Below, one piece after another: positions 55,701 to 64,000 of a stretch of 64,000 nt of DNA; positions within the stretch are counted from its first letter, which is position 1; each line of letters starts with the position of its first letter. The notes beneath the pieces were generated by a model that ran no database searches, was not told the origin of the DNA, and worked only from the letters and a program-made list of their open reading frames with translations. The translations under genes and the position numbers were made by a program. This DNA is from Eledone cirrhosa (taxonomy: Eukaryota): the NCBI GenBank assembly GCA_964016885.1, contig OZ024752.1, positions 23,064,001-23,128,000 on the forward strand. The letters are read 5' to 3'.

Positions 55701-58700
55701 TTTGATCTGATGTTCTAACGACTGTCATTCTATCTGACGTTCTAACGACTGTCATTCTATCTGACGTTCTAGTGACTGTCATTCTATCTGAATTTCTAAC
55801 GACTGTCAGTCTATCTGACGTTCTAGCGACTGTCATTCTATCTGAGTTCTAACGACTGTCATTCTATCTGACGTCCTAGCGACTGTCATTTTCTCTGACG
55901 TTCTAGTGACTGTCATTCTATCTGACTTTCTAACGACTGTCATTTTATCAGACGTTCTAACGGCTGTCATTCTATCTGACGTTCTAACGACTGTCATTCT
56001 ATCTGACATTCTAGCGACTGTCATTCTATCTGACGTTCTAACGACTGCCATTCTATCTGACGTTCTGAAGCCTGTCATTCTATCTGACGTTCTAACCACT
56101 GTCATTCTATCTGACGTTCTAGCGACTGTCATTCTATCTGACGTTCTAACGACTGTAATTCTATCTGACGTTCTAACGACTGTTATTCTTACTGATATTC
56201 TAGCGACTGTCATTCTATCTGACGTTTTAACGACTGTCATTCTATCTGACATTCTAGCGATTGTCATTCTATCTGACGTTTTAAGCACTGTCATTCTATC
56301 TGACGTTCTTATGACTGTCATTCTATATGACGTTCTAGCGACTGTCAATCTATCTAACGTTCTAGCGATTGTCATTCTATCTGACTTTCTAACGACTGTC
56401 ATTTTATCAGACGTTCTAACGGCTGTCATTCTATCTGACGTTCTAACGACTGTCATTCTATTTGACCTACTAGCAACTGTCATTCTATCTGACGTTCTAA
56501 CGACTGTCATTCTATCTGACGTTATGGCGACTGATATTCTATCTGACGTTCTAATACCTGTCATTCTATTTGACGTTCTGACGACTGTCATTATATCTGA
56601 CGTTCTGACCACTGTCATTCTATCTGACGTTCTAACGACTGTCATTCTATTTGACATTCTAGTGACTGTCATTCTATCTGACGTTCTAACAACTGTCATT
56701 CTATCTGACGTTCTATCGGCTGTCATTCTATGTGACCTTCTAACGACTGTCATTCTATCTGACGTTCTAGCGACTGTCATTCTATCTGAGGTTCTAGCAC
56801 TGTCATTCTATCTGACGTTCTAACCACTGTCATTCTATCTCACGTTCTAGCGACTGTCATTCTATCTGACGTTCTAACGACTGTAATTCTATCTGACGTT
56901 CTAACGACTGTCATTCTATCTTACGTTCTAACCAATGTCATTCTATCTGACGTTCTAACGGCTGTCATTCTATCTGAAGTTCTAGCGACGGTCATTCTAT
57001 TTCACGCTCTAACGACTGTCATTCTATCTGACATTCTAGCGATTGTCATTCTATCTGACGTTCTAACAACTGTCATTCTATCTGACATTCTAGCAACTGA
57101 CATTCTACCTGAAGTTCTAACGACTGTCATTCTATCTGACGTTCTGGCGACTTTCATTTTATCTGACGTTCTAACCACTGTCATTCTATTTGATGTTCTA
57201 ACGACTGTCATTCTATCTGCCGTTCTAAGGACTGTCGTTCTATCTAACGTTCTAGCGATTGTCATACTATCTGACGTTCTAACGACTGTCATTTTATCTG
57301 ACGATCTAACGCCTGTCATTCTATTTGACGTTCTAACGACTGTCATTATATCTGACGTTCTAACCACTGTCATTCTATCTGACGTTCTAACGACTGTCAT
57401 TCCATCTGACATTCTAGCGACTGTTATTCTATCTGACGTTCTAACGACTGCCATTCTATCTGACGTTCTAACCAGTCATTCTATCTGACGTTCTAACGAC
57501 TGCCATTCTATCTGACGTTCTAACCAGTCATTATATCTAACGTTCTAATGACTGTCATTCTATCTGAATTTCTAACGACTGTCATTCTATCTGACGTTCT
57601 AACGTCTGTCATTTGATCTGATGTTCTAACGACTGTCATTCTATCTGACGTTCTAACGACTGTCATTCTATCTGACGTTCTAGTGACTGTCATTCTATCT
57701 GAATTTCTAACGACTGTCAGTCTATCTGACGTTCTAGCGACTGTCATTCTATCTGAGTTCTAACGACTGTCATTCTATCTGACGTCCTAGCGACTGTCAT
57801 TTTCTCTGACGTTCTAGTGACTGTCATTCTATCTGACTTTCTAACGACTGTCATTTTATCAGACGTTCTAACGGCTGTCATTCTATCTGACGTTCTAACG
57901 ACTGTCATTCTATCTGACATTCTAGCGACTGTCATTCTATCTGACGTTCTAACGACTGCCATTCTATCTGACGTTCTGAAGCCTGTCATTCTATCTGACG
58001 TTCTAACCACTGTCATTCTATCTGACGTTCTAGCGACTGTCATTCTATCTGACGTTCTAACGACTGTAATTCTATCTGACGTTCTAACGACTGTTATTCT
58101 TACTGATATTCTAGCGACTGTCATTCTATCTGACGTTTTAACGACTGTCATTCTATCTGACATTCTAGCGATTGTCATTCTATCTGACGTTTTAAGCACT
58201 GTCATTCTATCTGACGTTCTTATGACTGTCATTCTATATGACGTTCTAGCGACTGTCAATCTATCTAACGTTCTAGCGATTGTCATTCTATCTGACTTTC
58301 TAACGACTGTCATTTTATCAGACGTTCTAACGGCTGTCATTCTATCTGACGTTCTAACGACTGTCATTCTATTTGACCTACTAGCAACTGTCATTCTATC
58401 TGACGTTCTAACGACTGTCATTCTATCTGACGTTATGGCGACTGATATTCTATCTGACGTTCTAATACCTGTCATTCTATTTGACGTTCTGACGACTGTC
58501 ATTATATCTGACGTTCTGACCACTGTCATTCTATCTGACGTTCTAACGACTGTCATTCTATTTGACATTCTAGTGACTGTCATTCTATCTGACGTTCTAA
58601 CAACTGTCATTCTATCTGACGTTCTATCGGCTGTCATTCTATGTGACCTTCTAACGACTGTCATTCTATCTGACGTTCTAGCGACTGTCATTCTATCTGA

Positions 58701-61700
58701 GGTTCTAGCACTGTCATTCTATCTGACGTTCTAACCACTGTCATTCTATCTCACGTTCTAGCGACTGTCATTCTATCTGACGTTCTAACGACTGTAATTC
58801 TATCTGACGTTCTAACGACTGTCATTCTATCTTACGTTCTAACCAATGTCATTCTATCTGACGTTCTAACGGCTGTCATTCTATCTGAAGTTCTAGCGAC
58901 GGTCATTCTATTTCACGCTCTAACGACTGTCATTCTATCTGACATTCTAGCGATTGTCATTCTATCTGACGTTCTAACAACTGTCATTCTATCTGACATT
59001 CTAGCAACTGACATTCTACCTGAAGTTCTAACGACTGTCATTCTATCTGACGTTCTGGCGACTTTCATTTTATCTGACGTTCTAACCACTGTCATTCTAT
59101 TTGACGTTCTAGCGACCGTCATTCTATTTGATGTTCTAACGACTGTCATTCTATCTGCCGTTCTAAGGACTGTCGTTCTATCTAACGTTCTAGCGATTGT
59201 CATACTATCTGACGTTCTAACGACTGTCATTTTATCTGACGATCTAACGCCTGTCATTCTATTTGACGTTCTAACGACTGTCATTATATCTGACGTTCTA
59301 ACCACTGTCATTCTATCTGACGTTCTAACGACTGTCATTCCATCTGACATTCTAGCGACTGTTATTCTATCTGACGTTCTAACGACTGCCATTCTATCTG
59401 ACGTTCTAACCAGTCATTCTATCTGACGTTCTAACGACTGCCATTCTATCTGACGTTCTAACCAGTCATTCTATCTAACGTTCTAATGACTGTCATTCTA
59501 TCTGAATTTCTAACGACTGTCATTCTATCTGACGTTCTAACGTCTGTCATTTGATCTGATGTTCTAACGACTGTCATTCTATCTGACGTTCTAACGACTG
59601 TCATTCTATCTGACGCTCTAGTGACTGTCATTCTATCTGAATTTCTAACGACTGTCAGTCTATCTGACGTTCTAGCGACTGTCATTCTATCTGAGTTCTA
59701 ACGACTGTCATTCTATATGACGTCCTAGCGACTGTCATTTTCTCTGACGTTCTAGTGACTGTCATTCTATCTGACTTTCTAACGACTGTCATTTTATCAG
59801 ACGTTCTAACGGCTGTCATTCTATCTGACGTTCTAACGACTGTCATTCTATCTGACATTCTAGCGACTGTCATTCTATCTGACGTTCTAACGACTGCCAT
59901 TCTATCTGACGTTCTGAAGCCTGTCATTCTATCTGACGTTCTAACCACTGTCATTCTATCTGACGTTCTAGCGACTGTCATTCTATCTGACGTTCTAACG
60001 ACTGTAATTCTATCTGACGTTCTAACGACTGTTATTCTTACTGATATTCTAGCGACTGTCATTCTATCTGACGTTTTAACGACTGTCATTCCATCTGACA
60101 TTCTAGCGATTGTCATTCTATCTGACGTTTTAAGCACTGTCATTCTATCTGACGTTCTTATGACTGTCATTCTATATGACGTTCTAGCGACTGTCAATCT
60201 ATCTAACGTTCTAGCGATTGTCATTCTATCTGACTTTCTAACGACTGTCATTTTATCAGACGTTCTAACGGCTGTCATTCTATCTGACGTTCTAACGACT
60301 GTCATTCTATTTGACCTACTAGCAACTGTCATTCTATCTGACGTTCTAACGACTGTCATTCTATCTGACGTTATGGCGACTGATATTCTATCTGACGTTC
60401 TAATACCTGTCATTCTATTTGACGTTCTGACGACTGTCATTATATCTGACGTTCTGACCACTGTCATTCTATCTGACGTTCTAACGACTGTCATTCTATT
60501 TGACATTCTAGTGACTGTCATTCTATCTGACGTTCTAACAACTGTCATTCTATCTGACGTTCTATCGGCTGTCATTCTATGTGACCTTCTAACGACTGTC
60601 ATTCTATCTGACGTTCTAGCGACTGTCATTCTATCTGAGGTTCTAGCACTGTCATTCTATCTGACGTTCTAACCACTGTCATTCTATCTCACGTTCTAGC
60701 GACTGTCATTCTATCTGACGTTCTAACGACTGTAATTCTATCTGACGTTCTAACGACTGTCATTCTATCTTACGTTCTAACCAATGTCATTCTATCTGAC
60801 GTTCTAACGGCTGTCATTCTATCTGAAGTTCTAGCGACGGTCATTCTATTTCACGCTCTAACGACTGTCATTCTATCTGACATTCTAGCGATTGTCATTC
60901 TATCTGACGTTCTAACAACTGTCATTCTATCTGACATTCTAGCAACTGACATTCTACCTGAAGTTCTAACGACTGTCATTCTATCTGACGTTCTGGCGAC
61001 TTTCATTTTATCTGACGTTCTAACCACTGTCATTCTATTTGATGTTCTAACGACTGTCATTCTATCTGCCGTTCTAAGGACTGTCGTTCTATCTAACGTT
61101 CTAGCGATTGTCATACTATCTGACGTTCTAACGACTGTCATTTTATCTGACGATCTAACGCCTGTCATTCTATTTGACGTTCTAACGACTGTCATTATAT
61201 CTGACGTTCTAACCACTGTCATTCTATCTGACGTTCTAACGACTGTCATTCCATCTGACATTCTAGCGACTGTTATTCTATCTGACGTTCTAACGACTGC
61301 CATTCTATCTGACGTTCTAACCAGTCATTCTATCTGACGTTCTAACGACTGCCATTCTATCTGACGTTCTAACCAGTCATTATATCTAACGTTCTAATGA
61401 CTGTCATTCTATCTGAATTTCTAACGACTGTCATTCTATCTGACGTTCTAACGTCTGTCATTTGATCTGATGTTCTAACGACTGTCATTCTATCTGACGT
61501 TCTAACGACTGTCATTCTATCTGACGTTCTAGTGACTGTCATTCTATCTGAATTTCTAACGACTGTCAGTCTATCTGACGTTCTAGCGACTGTCATTCTA
61601 TCTGAGTTCTAACGACTGTCATTCTATCTGACGTCCTAGCGACTGTCATTTTCTCTGACGTTCTAGTGACTGTCATTCTATCTGACTTTCTAACGACTGT

Positions 61701-64000
61701 CATTTTATCAGACGTTCTAACGGCTGTCATTCTATCTGACGTTCTAACGACTGTCATTCTATCTGACATTCTAGCGACTGTCATTCTATCTGACGTTCTA
61801 ACGACTGCCATTCTATCTGACGTTCTGAAGCCTGTCATTCTATCTGACGTTCTAACCACTGTCATTCTATCTGACGTTCTAGCGACTGTCATTCTATCTG
61901 ACGTTCTAACGACTGTAATTCTATCTGACGTTCTAACGACTGTTATTCTTACTGATATTCTAGCGACTGTCATTCTATCTGACGTTTTAACGACTGTCAT
62001 TCTATCTGACATTCTAGCGATTGTCATTCTATCTGACGTTTTAAGCACTGTCATTCTATCTGACGTTCTTATGACTGTCATTCTATATGACGTTCTAGCG
62101 ACTGTCAATCTATCTAACGTTCTAGCGATTGTCATTCTATCTGACTTTCTAACGACTGTCATTTTATCAGACGTTCTAACGGCTGTCATTCTATCTGACG
62201 TTCTAACGACTGTCATTCTATTTGACCTACTAGCAACTGTCATTCTATCTGACGTTCTAACGACTGTCATTCTATCTGACGTTATGGCGACTGATATTCT
62301 ATCTGACGTTCTAATACCTGTCATTCTATTTGACGTTCTGACGACTGTCATTATATCTGACGTTCTGACCACTGTCATTCTATCTGACGTTCTAACGACT
62401 GTCATTCTATTTGACATTCTAGTGACTGTCATTCTATCTGACGTTCTAACAACTGTCATTCTATCTGACGTTCTATCGGCTGTCATTCTATGTGACCTTC
62501 TAACGACTGTCATTCTATCTGACGTTCTAGCGACTGTCATTCTATCTGAGGTTCTAGCACTGTCATTCTATCTGACGTTCTAACCACTGTCATTCTATCT
62601 CACGTTCTAGCGACTGTCATTCTATCTGACGTTCTAACGACTGTAATTCTATCTGACGTTCTAACGACTGTCATTCTATCTTACGTTCTAACCAATGTCA
62701 TTCTATCTGACGTTCTAACGGCTGTCATTCTATCTGAAGTTCTAGCGACGGTCATTCTATTTCACGCTCTAACGACTGTCATTCTATCTGACATTCTAGC
62801 GATTGTCATTCTATCTGACGTTCTAACAACTGTCATTCTATCTGACATTCTAGCAACTGACATTCTACCTGAAGTTCTAACGACTGTCATTCTATCTGAC
62901 GTTCTGGCGACTTTCATTTTATCTGACGTTCTAACCACTGTCATTCTATTTGACGTTCTAGCGACCGTCATTCTATTTGATGTTCTAACGACTGTCATTC
63001 TATCTGCCGTTCTAAGGACTGTCGTTCTATCTAACGTTCTAGCGATTGTCATACTATCTGACGTTCTAACGACTGTCATTTTATCTGACAATCTAACGCC
63101 TGTCATTCTATTTGACGTTCTAACGACTGTCATTATATCTGACGTTCTAACCACTGTCATTCTATCTGACGTTCTAACGACTGTCATTCCATCTGACATT
63201 CTAGCGACTGTTATTCTATCTGACGTTCTAACGACTGCCATTCTATCTGACGTTCTAACCAGTCATTCTATCTGACGTTCTAACGACTGCCATTCTATCT
63301 GACGTTCTAACCAGTCATTCTATCTAACGTTCTAATGACTGTCATTCTATCTGAATTTCTAACGACTGTCATTCTATCTGACGTTCTAACGTCTGTCATT
63401 TGATCTGATGTTCTAACGACTGTCATTCTATCTGACGTTCTAACGACTGTCATTCTATCTGACGCTCTAGTGACTGTCATTCTATCTGAATTTCTAACGA
63501 CTGTCAGTCTATCTGACGTTTTAGCGACTGTCATTCTATCTGAGTTCTAACGACTGTCATTCTATATGACGTCCTAGCGACTGTCATTTTCTCTGACGTT
63601 CTAGTGACTGTCATTCTATCTGACTTTCTAACGACTGTCATTTTATCAGACGTTCTAACGGCTGTCATTCTATCTGACGTTCTAACGACTGTCATTCTAT
63701 CTGACATTCTAGCGACTGTCATTCTATCTGACGTTCTAACGACTGCCATTCTATCTGACGTTCTGAAGCCTGTCATTCTATCTGACGTTCTAACCACTGT
63801 CATTCTATCTGACGTTCTAGCGACTGTCATTCTATCTGACGTTCTAACGACTGTAATTCTATCTGACGTTCTAACGACTGTTATTCTTACTGATATTCTA
63901 GCGACTGTCATTCTATCTGACGTTTTAACGACTGTCATTCCATCTGACATTCTAGCGATTGTCATTCTATCTGACGTTTTAAGCACTGTCATTCTATCTG
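22731..64000. repeat. 27-bp satellite array, consensus TGACGTTCTA(A/G)CGACTGTCATTCTATC, ~1500 monomers, extends beyond the right window edge
   Basis: Uninterrupted 27-bp periodicity with recurrent substitution variants and 25/26/28-bp indel monomers. No spacers or insertions seen. Confidence 0.98.
52850..64000. repeat. Homogeneous higher-order repeat of 1911/1938 bp (71/72 monomers), ~6 copies
   Basis: ORF-track landmarks at 53153, 55091, 57002, 58913, 60851 and 62762 (offsets 1938, 1911, 1911, 1938, 1911). 1911 = 71x27 - 6, matching two 25-mers and two 26-mers per unit. Confidence 0.93.

Noticed and set aside
22512-63992. Long ORFs on both strands (VILSDVLTT and MTVVRTSDR 9-aa repeats) as a repetitive protein gene
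   Set aside because: 27 is a multiple of 3, so open frames arise automatically. Frameshifting 25/26/28-bp monomers and stop variants are spread freely through the array, and there is no non-repeat domain.
22731-64000. CRISPR array
   Set aside because: Monomers are head-to-tail with no unique spacers, there are no cas genes, and the context is eukaryotic.

Overview
Repeat-dominated eukaryotic genomic DNA with no intact protein-coding gene. The SINE families and microsatellite load resemble an octopus/coleoid genome; this is from recollection, not a search. There are three zones. (1) 1-9424: a degenerate pentamer array (ACCAC/ACTAC) containing a ~3.5-3.65 kb tandem higher-order duplication. 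(2) ~9425-22730: a patchwork of tRNA-derived SINEs, RTE-LINE fragments, an internally deleted Penelope-like element (RT + GIY-YIG), Helitron-like ends, fold-backs and microsatellites. At least five hammerhead-ribozyme-like motifs sit in small elements whose 3' ends abut (TA)n tracts; one is an 856-bp unit with identical 123-bp direct repeats (retrozyme-like). (3) 22731-64000: a >41 kb satellite of 27-bp monomers, grading from nested duplications at its edge to a homogeneous 1911/1938-bp higher-order repeat. The monomer resembles the tRNA-like head of the local SINE, and the array is fused directly to a truncated SINE body, suggesting a SINE-born satellite. Almost all ORFs in the supplied track are translation artefacts of repeats.
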